From Actinomycetes bacterium (GTDB lineage Bacteria; Actinomycetota; Acidimicrobiia; Acidimicrobiales; Acidimicrobiaceae), in NCBI GenBank assembly GCA_021799035.1, contig JAJZBG010000001.1:50706-114705 (forward strand): a stretch of DNA of 64,000 nt, given 5' to 3'. Each line of letters begins with the position of its first letter. Position 1 is the first letter of the stretch. The notes under the pieces were generated by a model. That model was not told the origin of the DNA, searched no databases, and saw only the letters and a list, made by a program, of their open reading frames with translations. Made by a program: the position numbers and the translations under genes. Positions 48,928 through 58,110 of this stretch are shown one piece after another.

Positions 48928-49893
48928 ATGAGGTACGTTGAAATATCCGGCGCAAGAATTTCGGTAATAGGCCTTGGCACCTGGCAGTTCGGTTCCAGGG
49001 AATGGGGATACGGTCCCGAGTACGCGAATAAGACCGCCATTGAGTTGGTTCACCGTGCTCTTGAACTGGGAATCAACCTGATCGACACCGCCGAATTCTA
49101 TGGATTCGGAAAATCTGAGTCAGTTATCGGTAACGCGATTACTGGTCTGCGCGACCAGGTATATATTGCCACGAAACTCTTTCCGGTTTTTCCGACGCGA
49201 TCAATGGTCCTGGCAAGGGCAAAAGCAAGTGCGACGAGACTGCATGTTGATTCGGTGGATCTCTACCAATTGCACTGGCCGAATCCTGTGATGCCGATAA
49301 CTGAGACGGCCATGGGACTGAAGAGAGTTCTTGACGATGGCGTGGCAAAAAGCGCAGGGGTCTCAAATTTCTCTTTGCGGCAGTGGAGGAGCGCCGAGAT
49401 CGCATTGGGCAGACCAATCATCTCAAATCAGGTGCACTTCTCTTTGCTCACAAGGGGTCCAGAGGTCGAACTGCTCCCGTTTGCACAGGCGAACAACCGT
49501 TTGATAATCGCGTACTCCCCACTTGAACAAGGGGTACTGAGCGGGAAGTACAGCTCCGTCAACCGCCCAAAGGGGATGCGCGCTGCACGCAAATTCTTCT
49601 TTCCTGCCAATTTAGATCGGATGAGGCCACTTCTGGCAAAGCTGGCACAGATCGCAAAAAGCCACGATGCGTCAAGCTCTCAGATCGCTTTGGCATGGCT
49701 GATTTCCAAAACCAATGTCGCCGCAATTCCAGGTGCAGCTAGCTTGAGCCAGCTGGAATCTAATGCGGCCTCAGCAGATATAGAGCTGACTCGAAATGAG
49801 ATCGAAACCCTTGATGAAATGTCGAGCCAATTCGAACCCGTAAGTCCGAGTGGCCTGCTAACCGATGTCAAGACCTTGGTGAGGCGCCGTTAG
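48928..49893 (+). CDS. aldo/keto reductase
   Basis: GLGTWQFG, GINLIDTAEFYG and LYQLHWP blocks. Confidence 0.9.
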   Translation: MRYVEISGARISVIGLGTWQFGSREWGYGPEYANKTAIELVHRALELGINLIDTAEFYGFGKSESVIGNAITGLRDQVYIATKLFPVFPTRSMVLARAKASATRLHVDSVDLYQLHWPNPVMPITETAMGLKRVLDDGVAKSAGVSNFSLRQWRSAEIALGRPIISNQVHFSLLTRGPEVELLPFAQANNRLIIAYSPLEQGVLSGKYSSVNRPKGMRAARKFFFPANLDRMRPLLAKLAQIAKSHDASSSQIALAWLISKTNVAAIPGAASLSQLESNAASADIELTRNEIETLDEMSSQFEPVSPSGLLTDVKTLVRRR

Positions 49894-50136
49894 ACGGGGA
49901 GGCGGCTGACTTTTGCACTGGCATCGTAAAAAGAGTGTTTTTGACTCTCTGGCTTAAGCGTCAAGTCTCTGAAAAGCTCGTTTGCGAGTTGCACGTGCGA
50001 ATTCTCGGGTACCTAAGGTACCCAACCTTTGATTGGATCCTGTGTTCATTGATTGGTTTAGATTCAAAGAGTCCGTCCGCGTTCGAACCATCGGCTTATG
50101 ACTCGAAGACGGGACATGGAAGAAGAAACGTCTACG

Positions 50137-50179
50137 CCACATCGGATCTGCCACATCGGATCTGCCAAATCCGATTTGG
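50137..50179 (+). repeat. three tandem 14/15-mers (CCACATCGGATCTG x2, then the degenerate CCAAATCCGATTTGG) upstream of the histidine phosphatase gene
   Basis: Read directly; located 50-92 nt upstream of the GTG at 50229. Confidence 0.6.
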
Positions 50180-50228
50180 ACCTCAGGGTGGATTTCCCTT
50201 GTGTGGCGAAAAATGGGAGGATTAGCTG

Positions 50229-50825
50229 GTGAAAAGCACTCATAGCCCCTTTGGTGAAACTACGTGCACCGTGTACCTAGTTCGCCATGGCCGGACTGTC
50301 CTGAATGCCAATGGGGTTTTACGAGGGCATCTCAATCCACCTCTCGATACTGTCGGTATTGCTGAGGCGGAGGCTCTCGGCAGAGAGATCGCAGGATTCC
50401 GTCCGGAGTCGATACTATCCAGCCCGCTTTCAAGGGCTGTCGAGACAGCCAATGCCATTGGCTACTCTTGTGGACTCAGACCACTGATAGACGATCGCCT
50501 GATTGACCGTGACTACGGAAGGTGGGCTGGATCAAGCATAGAGTCGGTAATCGCTGAGTGCGGGTCGGTTGATTCCGCGCCTGAAGTAGAGCCCAAAGTT
50601 TCAGTTGTGGAACGGGCGATCGCCGTCCTTGGAGAAGTTGTGGGCAGAAAGCGGGTGGTCATTGTCGCTCATGAAGCGGTCAATACGCTTCTTCTGGCCA
50701 CTCTCAGTTCTGGTAATTCCATTGTGCCGGAAAGTCTTCGTCAGCCTACAGGGTCATACAGCGTACTTCAGTTTCGTGACGGGGAATGGCGGATTTCAGA
50801 GATGGGCGTCTTGCCGCATAGCTAG
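50229..50825 (+). CDS. histidine phosphatase (phosphoglycerate mutase-like) family protein
   Basis: VYLVRHGRT catalytic RHG motif; 198 aa. Confidence 0.85.
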   Translation: MKSTHSPFGETTCTVYLVRHGRTVLNANGVLRGHLNPPLDTVGIAEAEALGREIAGFRPESILSSPLSRAVETANAIGYSCGLRPLIDDRLIDRDYGRWAGSSIESVIAECGSVDSAPEVEPKVSVVERAIAVLGEVVGRKRVVIVAHEAVNTLLLATLSSGNSIVPESLRQPTGSYSVLQFRDGEWRISEMGVLPHS

Positions 50826-51033
50826 GTTTATCTGCAATGGCAGATTTCGCCCCTGCCATTGAGTTGCCATTGGAATCCGTCGCATATGGTGCCTGGCAAG
50901 AAAGTGTTTCCGACGCTGTTGCGGCAGCAAGACAGTTAGTGGCGCAAGTAGCCTAAATATCCAGGTATTCCAGAATAAGAACGTGACGGGTTCGCTATCC
51001 TGAGAATTAGTTGCTCATTGAGAAAGAGTCTGG

Positions 51034-52851
51034 ATGCGCGAGCGGAAGATTGCTGTAGGTTTGGCCCTGGCGGCCGTCGTTCTGTCGGCGTGTGGAAGCA
51101 GCGCCAATGCGAGTCATCTCGAGAGTTCAAGGATCCTCGTCACCAAGTTCAATGGCAAGCTCACCGTGACTGCCACCCATCAGGCATCTTTAGTAGACAC
51201 CTCTGGGATATTGCAGAACGTGAATGCGGCGTACTTTATCTCCAAAACAAGTGTCGTGGTCAGCCAGAGCGAAGGGAGCCAGTCGGCTATATTCAAGAGC
51301 TTTGATGAGGGGCGAAGCTGGCATCAGGTCTCGGATGTGCCTGGGTCAGTGATGGCTTTGGACTTTGTTGATCCACAAATTGGCTACGCGCTTTCAGGGT
51401 CATCTAGGTCGCACTCAGTCCTGCTGTTTGCTACCTCAAATGGTGGTCAGACTTGGGCGGACGTGCACGCCGCTCAGTTCGAAGCGATTGGATTCGTCTC
51501 AGCTCAGGTTGGCTTTGCACTTGTGCGAGACTCGACTAGCACGAGTGGAGCAGGAGGGTCCGAGATCGCCCAGACAAAAAATGGAGGGCAGACCTGGACC
51601 TCGGTATCACCTTCTTTGGGTCCTGCGATAGCGTCTGGGTCGTTTAGCTTCGTCAGCCCGACGCAAGGCTGGCTGTTGGCTGGAGCATCGACCTCCGCGG
51701 GAACCCAGGTCAAATATCTTTACGAAACCTTGAATGCTGGCTCCACCTGGTCGCTGGAAGCGAAAACCGAATCGAGTTTGGCAGGTACTTCGCTGAGATC
51801 CGGTTATCTGCCTGCAAGCGGGTATATCTCCCAGGTTGAGTTCGTCAGTTCTTCAGTTGGATTTATAAACCTGTCTCAGGTTGGCTTGCTGGAATCGGAT
51901 GATGGCGGGAAAACATGGGTTCACATTCCGCTTGCCGGCTTGCCACTCGAGAGCGCAAAGGGAATCTTGAGATTTTCTGCATGGAGTCCCACGAGCTTCT
52001 CCGTTGTGACAGGTCATCCATCAATTTGGCTTATCACATCGCCCAATAGATGGTTGCGCGTGTATCCGCCATACCGTGAGACCGGCATTTATGGTGGTGC
52101 CAGTGGCCTTTTCTCCCTTTCTCAATCGGGGCAGCTTAGCGATGTGCAGACTTCCGCCTCGCAACAGCCAGTCTCGAGAGTTCCGCTGGGGACGATTCAG
52201 CTCGACCCTTTTGACTCCGGAATCGCGGCCTTTTCCTCGGCAAAGATCTATTTGACAACCGATGGCAAGCATTGGGATCAGGTGCCGATTCCCCATGGCT
52301 GGTCAATAGCGCAAGGGCGCTTCATCTCTGCAGATTTCGGTTTGGTGGTCGCAAATGACAATGGGCCGCCTGGTGCTGCTGTCTTGGAGCTTACAAAGAA
52401 TGGTGGCAGTAACTGGGTGCTTGTCCACACTAAGTTTCATCCTTACGCGATCGATCCTGTTACTGCGACTAGCTGGTGGGCCATTGGAGGCACGGATGTC
52501 GCCTACACCTCCAATACGGCGAAGCTAGGATCAAGGCAGATGATTTGGAATCTCTATTTCACTGGCGACGGTGGCAAATCTTGGGATGAATTCATCGCGA
52601 ACTGGCATGCAGTTGGTGGGTTGGATTTCATCAGTGCATCTGAGGGCTACGTTTGGGTGCCTGGCATGCTCTATCAGACATCGGATCGAGGCAGTTCCTT
52701 TGTACGCTATATGCTCCCCTCTCAACTTGGCATAGAAGGCATGTCATCGATGACCTTTCAGGCTGGCGGGGTCGGCTGGGCGCTCGGGAACGCCGGCTAT
52801 CCGATCTACCACACGATCGACAACGGTGGCCACTGGGGTCCAAATCCATGA
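51034..52851 (+). CDS. lipoprotein with ~10 BNR/Asp-box (SxDxGxTW-like) repeats, beta-propeller type (Ycf48/sialidase-like fold)
   Basis: Lipobox LSAC at the N-terminus. Repeats: SFDEGRSW, TSNGGQTW, TKNGGQTW, TLNAGSTW, SDDGGKTW, TTDGKHW, TKNGGSNW, TGDGGKSW, TSDRGSSF, TIDNGGHW. Confidence 0.75.
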   Translation: MRERKIAVGLALAAVVLSACGSSANASHLESSRILVTKFNGKLTVTATHQASLVDTSGILQNVNAAYFISKTSVVVSQSEGSQSAIFKSFDEGRSWHQVSDVPGSVMALDFVDPQIGYALSGSSRSHSVLLFATSNGGQTWADVHAAQFEAIGFVSAQVGFALVRDSTSTSGAGGSEIAQTKNGGQTWTSVSPSLGPAIASGSFSFVSPTQGWLLAGASTSAGTQVKYLYETLNAGSTWSLEAKTESSLAGTSLRSGYLPASGYISQVEFVSSSVGFINLSQVGLLESDDGGKTWVHIPLAGLPLESAKGILRFSAWSPTSFSVVTGHPSIWLITSPNRWLRVYPPYRETGIYGGASGLFSLSQSGQLSDVQTSASQQPVSRVPLGTIQLDPFDSGIAAFSSAKIYLTTDGKHWDQVPIPHGWSIAQGRFISADFGLVVANDNGPPGAAVLELTKNGGSNWVLVHTKFHPYAIDPVTATSWWAIGGTDVAYTSNTAKLGSRQMIWNLYFTGDGGKSWDEFIANWHAVGGLDFISASEGYVWVPGMLYQTSDRGSSFVRYMLPSQLGIEGMSSMTFQAGGVGWALGNAGYPIYHTIDNGGHWGPNP

Positions 52852-52957
52852 AAAAGGACGCCTCGTTGCAAGTCCTTTATCACTGAAATCCAGAATTTGC
52901 CGAATGCTACGGTGGAGCTGGCGAATCGTTTCTCGGCGATGGGACTAAGTTTGAATC

Positions 52958-53218
52958 ATGACCAAGAAGCAAGTATGGATTCTCAGGATCGCGTCATTGT
53001 GGACTTTCTACGTTTGGGCGGTTCTTGTCCGAAACATGATCATTGATCGGACAAACACGCTTGCGTTCCGTGCAGTTCATATTGGGTTGGCAATAGTGTC
53101 CTTCGTCTTTGCGGCTGCAACATGGCGAATCTCGAACTCCATGGCCAAAGAGATCAAGCTGAAACGGCGCAGCAGGGAGTCTTTGCCAGAAGCGGCAGCA
53201 CCTGACATTTCGCGGTGA
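52958..53218 (+). CDS. small two-TM membrane protein coupled to the ABC exporter gene
   Basis: 86 aa with two hydrophobic helices. Its stop overlaps the ABC gene start (GTGA). Confidence 0.6.
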   Translation: MTKKQVWILRIASLWTFYVWAVLVRNMIIDRTNTLAFRAVHIGLAIVSFVFAAATWRISNSMAKEIKLKRRSRESLPEAAAPDISR

Positions 53219-56200
53219 GAAGTACCGGATGGGTCGTCAGGCTGACCAGGTTGGTTCTGGCGCACAGGAGAAACGTCAGCCTGGCTCTGGGTGCATCGAT
53301 TGTCGGGATGGTGATATCGGCAGTCGTGCCGGTTGTCGAAAGAACAATCATCGACAGCGTTGTGATTGCAAAGACACAGCCGCTTTTACCTTGGCTGCTT
53401 GCACTCATCGCGCTGGGGTTGATAGGTTTTGCCCTCTCTTTCGTGCGTCGTTACGCAGGTGGGAGGCTGGCGTTTGATGTGCAGCATCAGCTCCGCAACT
53501 CCATCTTCGAACACCTGCAAAGACTTGACTTTGCCCGTCACGACGAGCTCGCAACAGGGCAGCTTGTCTCGCGCGCCAACTCAGATGTAGGTCTAGTTCA
53601 GGGCCTGCTTTCCTTCACCCCGCTTCTCATTGGAAACCTGGTGATGCTCTTATTTGCCGTTGTGGTGATGCTTGTTGTTTCTCCTGAATTGGCGCTGGTG
53701 GAGATAGCTTCAATTCCGGTGCTTGCCTTCGCCTCCCTCAAACTTAGAAAGTCGGTTTTCCCCGCTAGTTGGGATGCGCAGCAGAAAGAGGGAGAGGTCG
53801 CAGTAGTCGTGGAAGAAGCTGTCACCGGTGTCAGGGTGGTCAAAGGATTCGGTATGGAGGCTAGAGAGCAGGGCAAGCTTTCCCAAAGAGCCGAGGACCT
53901 ATACCGCTCTAGGGTCCGCCTGATCGGCCTGCAGAGCAAGCTTCAAGCGCTGCTTGGATTCATTCCGATGCTGACTCAGGCTGGTGTATTGGGCTTTGGA
54001 GGATATCTCGCTCTGCATCATCACCTAACGATCGGATCTTTCCTACTCTTCTCTTCGTATGTTGTCCAGATTGGCTCCCCGGTCAGGCAGCTCTCCACTC
54101 TGATCTCGTTCTCGCAGCAGGCTCGTGCTGGAGCTGAAAGAATTTTCGATCTCCTTGACTCAAACCCGATTGTCCAAGAGTCCCGGTCCGCACTCCCACT
54201 CAAGCCCTCAGGTGGGCGGATCGAATTCAGGCATGTGAATTTTGGTTATTCCAAGGATCACCGCGTGTTGGACGACTTTTCCATGACCGTGAATGCCGGG
54301 GAAACCGTGGCGCTGGTTGGACTTTCCGGATCTGGAAAGTCCACACTTGCTCTGCTTGTTCCGCGCTTCTATGACATCGCATCGGGACAGATACTCATAG
54401 ACGGCCAAGAAATTTCCTCAGTGACGATCGATTCTCTAAGGAGCCAGGTGGGGGTGGTTTTCGAAGAGAGTTTTCTCTTTTCGGACACAATTAGGGCAAA
54501 CATTGCCTACGGACGGCCTGACGCGGATTTTGACTCAGTGAAGAAGGCTGCCGCAATGGCTGGAGCTGACAGTTTTATATCCGAGTTTGAAAACGGGTAT
54601 GAAACAGTGGTCGGCGAACGTGGTCTGACCCTCTCGGGAGGGCAGAGGCAGAGAGTGGCGCTGGCTAGAGCGTTGATAACCAACCCGTCGATTCTTCTTC
54701 TTGATGATGCTACGTCTGCCGTGGATGCGGTGACGGAGGCAGAGATAAACGAGGCGCTCTCGCGATTTAAGCAGGAAAAGACCGTTATTTTGATCGCTCA
54801 TAGGCGATCAAGCCTTGCTCTAGCAGACCGGATCGTCCTCGTGGACAAGGGTCGAGTGATAGCTGAAGGCAGCCATGACGAGCTGTTGACTGCTTCACCT
54901 CTCTATAGGGAGCTATTTGAAGGTGACGAGGAGTCACTGAACGAGAACCTTGCAGAGACAGCCATAAAGGCGCCACGATGGGATGTGCCAGCGGAGGAAG
55001 CTAGACAGGTGTCGAGGCCGGTTACTCAGCGAATCTCTATGCCGCGTGGAGGAGGGGGAGGGGGAAAGGGGATGATGGGGATGGCGCTGACTGCCACTCC
55101 AGATCTGCTGGCTGCCCTCGAGAAGCTGCCTCCTGCTGATGACGTGCATGGGGTGGACCTTGAGGATCAGGCAAGACTGCGGCATCGATTTTCCCTGCGG
55201 GAACTGATAAGGCCATTTCGGCTTGGGTTTATCGCGGGACTCTTGCTGGTAGCTGCTGACACGGGCCTCACGATTCTGGGGCCGGTCTTCACGAAGACAG
55301 GAATTGACTCAGGTGTTCTCGCTGGTTCCAGGGTTGCGCTGATCCTTGCCTTTGGCGGCTTTTTGCTGGCTGCGATCGCCGATCTTTTCGTGATGTGGGC
55401 AGAGAACTTTATAACTGGTCGCACAGCTGAGCGCCTTTTGCTGGCGCTGAGGGTCAGAATTTTTTCACATCTTCAAAGGCTTGGCTTGGACTTTTACGAG
55501 TCTGAAATGGGTGGTCGCATCATGACGAGGATGACTACCGATGTTGATGCTCTGTCGAATCTCCTACAGACGGGTCTGATCAATGCCCTGGTGAGCCTTC
55601 TTAGTTTCGTAGGTGTCGCTGCGGCACTTATTGTGATGAGTCCGAAGCTGACGCTCTATGCTTTTGCGGTAATTCCGCCTCTTGCGCTGGCGACATTCTG
55701 GTATCAGAGATCGTCCAGCGCAGCCTACTCAATCGCGCGAGAGCGAATTGCCGAGGTCAACGCCAATCTGCAAGAAGGGCTGTCAGGAGTGCGCGTGACC
55801 CAGGCCTTCAGAAGGCAGGCCAAGAACAGCAGCGACTTCTCGAAGATCTCTGGCAGCTACAGGGATGCCAGGGTGAATGCGCAAAAGCTGGTGGCAATCT
55901 ACTTTCCGTTCATCCTTCTCCTATCCGATCTTGCCTCCGCTTCGATACTTGGGGCGGGCGCTGGGCTGGTTCAGTCGCATCAGATCAAAGTCGGTGTCCT
56001 TATTGCATTCTCCCTATACATGGATCAGCTTTTTTCACCGCTTCAGCAACTTTCACAAACATTTGATCAGTGGCAGCAGGCCAGGGTGTCGATGTACCAG
56101 ATCTCCAGGCTTATGGAGCGGGAGATTTCGACGCCACAGCCAGCGGTGCCGGTTCATCTCAACTCTGTGCGTGGGGATATCATCTTCGAATCAGTTCATT

Positions 56201-56913
56201 TCAGGTACCCTGGCTCGGCCAAGGAGGCCTTGAGCGGACTCAGCATGGTCATCCACGGCGGGGACACCGTGGCTCTGGTGGGGACGACAGGTGCGGGAAA
56301 GTCCACTGTGGTCAAGTTGATTGAACGGTTCTACGATCCGACATCTGGGAGGATCACCATAGACGGCCAAGATCTGCGCTCCTTGGATCTCGGGGAGTTC
56401 AGGAGTAAGCTGGGTTTTGTTCCCCAGGAGCCCTTTTTGTTCACCGGCACGATTGCGGAAAATATTGCATATACACATCCCGATGCGAGTCGAGAAGAGA
56501 TTCAGGAGTCTGCTAAAGCAGTTGGCGCTCACGATTTCATCTCGGCTCTTCCAGCCGGATACGGGTTTTTCGTGGCTGAGCGAGGCAAGGCGCTTTCGGC
56601 AGGACAGCGCCAGCTCATTGCTCTGGCACGTGCCCACTTGGCTAATCCCTCGATCCTCCTTCTAGACGAAGCCACTGCAAATCTTGATCTGGCGACGGAG
56701 GCCAGAGTGAATGCTGCTTTGGGAATTCTCTCTAGAGGGCGCACAACCATCATCGTTGCCCACAGATTGCCTACTGCCGCGCGAGCCGATCGTATTTTCG
56801 TAATTGAGGACGGTTCGGTGGTGGAGGCGGGGTCTCATACAAGCCTGCTCGAAGCCGAGGGTGTCTATGCCTCCATGTGGAGGTCGTTTGAGGACGTCTA
56901 CGGCGTTGCCTGA
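53215..56913 (+). CDS. fused (TMD-NBD)2 ABC exporter, type IV/heterodimer-like with one degenerate ATP site
   Basis: 1232 aa. NBD1 has GLSGSGKST / LSGGQRQR / ILLLDDATSAVD. NBD2 has GTTGAGKST / LSAGQRQL / ILLLDEATANLD. A Gly-rich linker, PRGGGGGGKGMMGM, joins the two halves. Confidence 0.9.
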   Translation: MRSTGWVVRLTRLVLAHRRNVSLALGASIVGMVISAVVPVVERTIIDSVVIAKTQPLLPWLLALIALGLIGFALSFVRRYAGGRLAFDVQHQLRNSIFEHLQRLDFARHDELATGQLVSRANSDVGLVQGLLSFTPLLIGNLVMLLFAVVVMLVVSPELALVEIASIPVLAFASLKLRKSVFPASWDAQQKEGEVAVVVEEAVTGVRVVKGFGMEAREQGKLSQRAEDLYRSRVRLIGLQSKLQALLGFIPMLTQAGVLGFGGYLALHHHLTIGSFLLFSSYVVQIGSPVRQLSTLISFSQQARAGAERIFDLLDSNPIVQESRSALPLKPSGGRIEFRHVNFGYSKDHRVLDDFSMTVNAGETVALVGLSGSGKSTLALLVPRFYDIASGQILIDGQEISSVTIDSLRSQVGVVFEESFLFSDTIRANIAYGRPDADFDSVKKAAAMAGADSFISEFENGYETVVGERGLTLSGGQRQRVALARALITNPSILLLDDATSAVDAVTEAEINEALSRFKQEKTVILIAHRRSSLALADRIVLVDKGRVIAEGSHDELLTASPLYRELFEGDEESLNENLAETAIKAPRWDVPAEEARQVSRPVTQRISMPRGGGGGGKGMMGMALTATPDLLAALEKLPPADDVHGVDLEDQARLRHRFSLRELIRPFRLGFIAGLLLVAADTGLTILGPVFTKTGIDSGVLAGSRVALILAFGGFLLAAIADLFVMWAENFITGRTAERLLLALRVRIFSHLQRLGLDFYESEMGGRIMTRMTTDVDALSNLLQTGLINALVSLLSFVGVAAALIVMSPKLTLYAFAVIPPLALATFWYQRSSSAAYSIARERIAEVNANLQEGLSGVRVTQAFRRQAKNSSDFSKISGSYRDARVNAQKLVAIYFPFILLLSDLASASILGAGAGLVQSHQIKVGVLIAFSLYMDQLFSPLQQLSQTFDQWQQARVSMYQISRLMEREISTPQPAVPVHLNSVRGDIIFESVHFRYPGSAKEALSGLSMVIHGGDTVALVGTTGAGKSTVVKLIERFYDPTSGRITIDGQDLRSLDLGEFRSKLGFVPQEPFLFTGTIAENIAYTHPDASREEIQESAKAVGAHDFISALPAGYGFFVAERGKALSAGQRQLIALARAHLANPSILLLDEATANLDLATEARVNAALGILSRGRTTIIVAHRLPTAARADRIFVIEDGSVVEAGSHTSLLEAEGVYASMWRSFEDVYGVA
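55054..55080 (+). other. G-quadruplex-forming motif (four G4-5 runs) encoding the poly-Gly inter-half linker
   Basis: GGGGGAGGGGGAAAGGGGATGATGGGG on the coding strand. Confidence 0.5.
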
Positions 56914-56924
56914 AGCTCATCCGG

Positions 56925-57995
56925 TCACTCGTACTCTATTACGTCTGGCTGAGGTTGCAGTTCCATGACTTGCGATGGGTCTTCAAGCGGGACGTCCTGC
57001 TTGTAAAAGAGCTTGAAGCCGAGTGGAAATCTGTGATCTTGGGCTAAGCGCTGATAGGCTGCTACCTTGGCATGCCAGCTTCCGAATCCGTCCATGTTGA
57101 AGACTATTGCCAGGTCTGGGCGGGTGACTACTTCGGCTTTATTCGTAACCATCGATGTCTTGAACTGGTGTATGAGTAGGAGCTTCTGGGGAAGGTGGTT
57201 TGAAGTTACTAGCTCTTCGAGCCAGTTTGAAACCTGGTTGATATCGTTTGCTGTCGTGCTTCCTATGATTTGGCCGGGCACCTGTGTGGCGCTAACTTGC
57301 CACTCTGGATCGAGGGCAAGTGCTACATCTGGCTGAGACAGAAAAGGGGCCAGAGTCTTGGCATCTTTTAGGAAGTTTCCCCTGCCTGGTTGGATGTCGA
57401 GTATGAGCAGGCCATTGTGTTCTTGTACCACGTCGAGGTACTGCTGGATTGTCGAATTCGGTAGCCTTGCCGAATAGGTTCCGTTTGGTTGCGGAGATCC
57501 TTGTGCTATGTATGTAATTAGTTCATAGGCTGGCAGCACGGGAGTGCCTGTTACCTGGTAAGGCGCCGCTTGTGCTTTCAGTTTTGGCCACATTGCTTCT
57601 GGAGAGCTTTTGCCCAAGATGCCTAGCCCGCTTCCCCCTGGTGCGCCGTAAAAGGCCACGATCCTTTGGCCTGGGATTAAGGTGTGTCCTCCCCTCGGTT
57701 CTTCTGGGGCCGGTTCCGTGGTTGTGGTTGTTGATGTCGTTGTGGTTGATGTCGTGGTTGTTGTGGCATGAGGTTCTACGCCGGGGTGGTTCGATGGGAG
57801 TTTCGCAATAGTGGCGCTGCGGCTAGCTTGGCGGGCAATATGTGTTGTTATCTGGTAAGAGGAACTCGCCATTAGTAGTCCGAATGTCGCGATCAGCTCG
57901 GGCCATCTCTTTAAACTCGTGATACTGGGAAAATTCAAGATCGTTCTGCCATTGTTTGTGCGGTTCAATCTAACAGGTAATCTTTTGCACTTCAT
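56925..57995 (-). CDS. hypothetical membrane-anchored exported protein with Thr-rich linker
   Basis: N-terminal TM segment, a TTTTSTTTTSTTTTTEPAPEEP linker, and a ~240-aa C-terminal globular domain of unknown family. Confidence 0.55.
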   Translation of the reverse strand: MKCKRLPVRLNRTNNGRTILNFPSITSLKRWPELIATFGLLMASSSYQITTHIARQASRSATIAKLPSNHPGVEPHATTTTTSTTTTSTTTTTEPAPEEPRGGHTLIPGQRIVAFYGAPGGSGLGILGKSSPEAMWPKLKAQAAPYQVTGTPVLPAYELITYIAQGSPQPNGTYSARLPNSTIQQYLDVVQEHNGLLILDIQPGRGNFLKDAKTLAPFLSQPDVALALDPEWQVSATQVPGQIIGSTTANDINQVSNWLEELVTSNHLPQKLLLIHQFKTSMVTNKAEVVTRPDLAIVFNMDGFGSWHAKVAAYQRLAQDHRFPLGFKLFYKQDVPLEDPSQVMELQPQPDVIEYE

Positions 57996-58082
57996 AGTTT
58001 GTCAGGTTTCCTTCGGGTTTCTATTGGAGTCCCACTAGATCTGAATGCTGTGATTGCGCATTCCGCATTTTCGACTAGATAT

Positions 58083-58098
58083 TCGAACATATGTTCGA
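58083..58098. promoter_or_regulatory. LexA SOS box (perfect actinobacterial consensus) at the imuA' promoter
   Basis: TCGAACATATGTTCGA, abutting a -10-like TAAGTT, with the ATG 6 nt further on. Confidence 0.85.
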
Positions 58099-58110
58099 TA
58101 AGTTAGTCAT

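Noticed and set aside
50075-50095. T-loop-like GCGTTCGAACC in the intergenic region (possible tRNA/tmRNA fragment or LexA half-site)
   Set aside because: There are no flanking complementary stems on either strand, and only one TCGAAC half-site without the GTTCGA partner.
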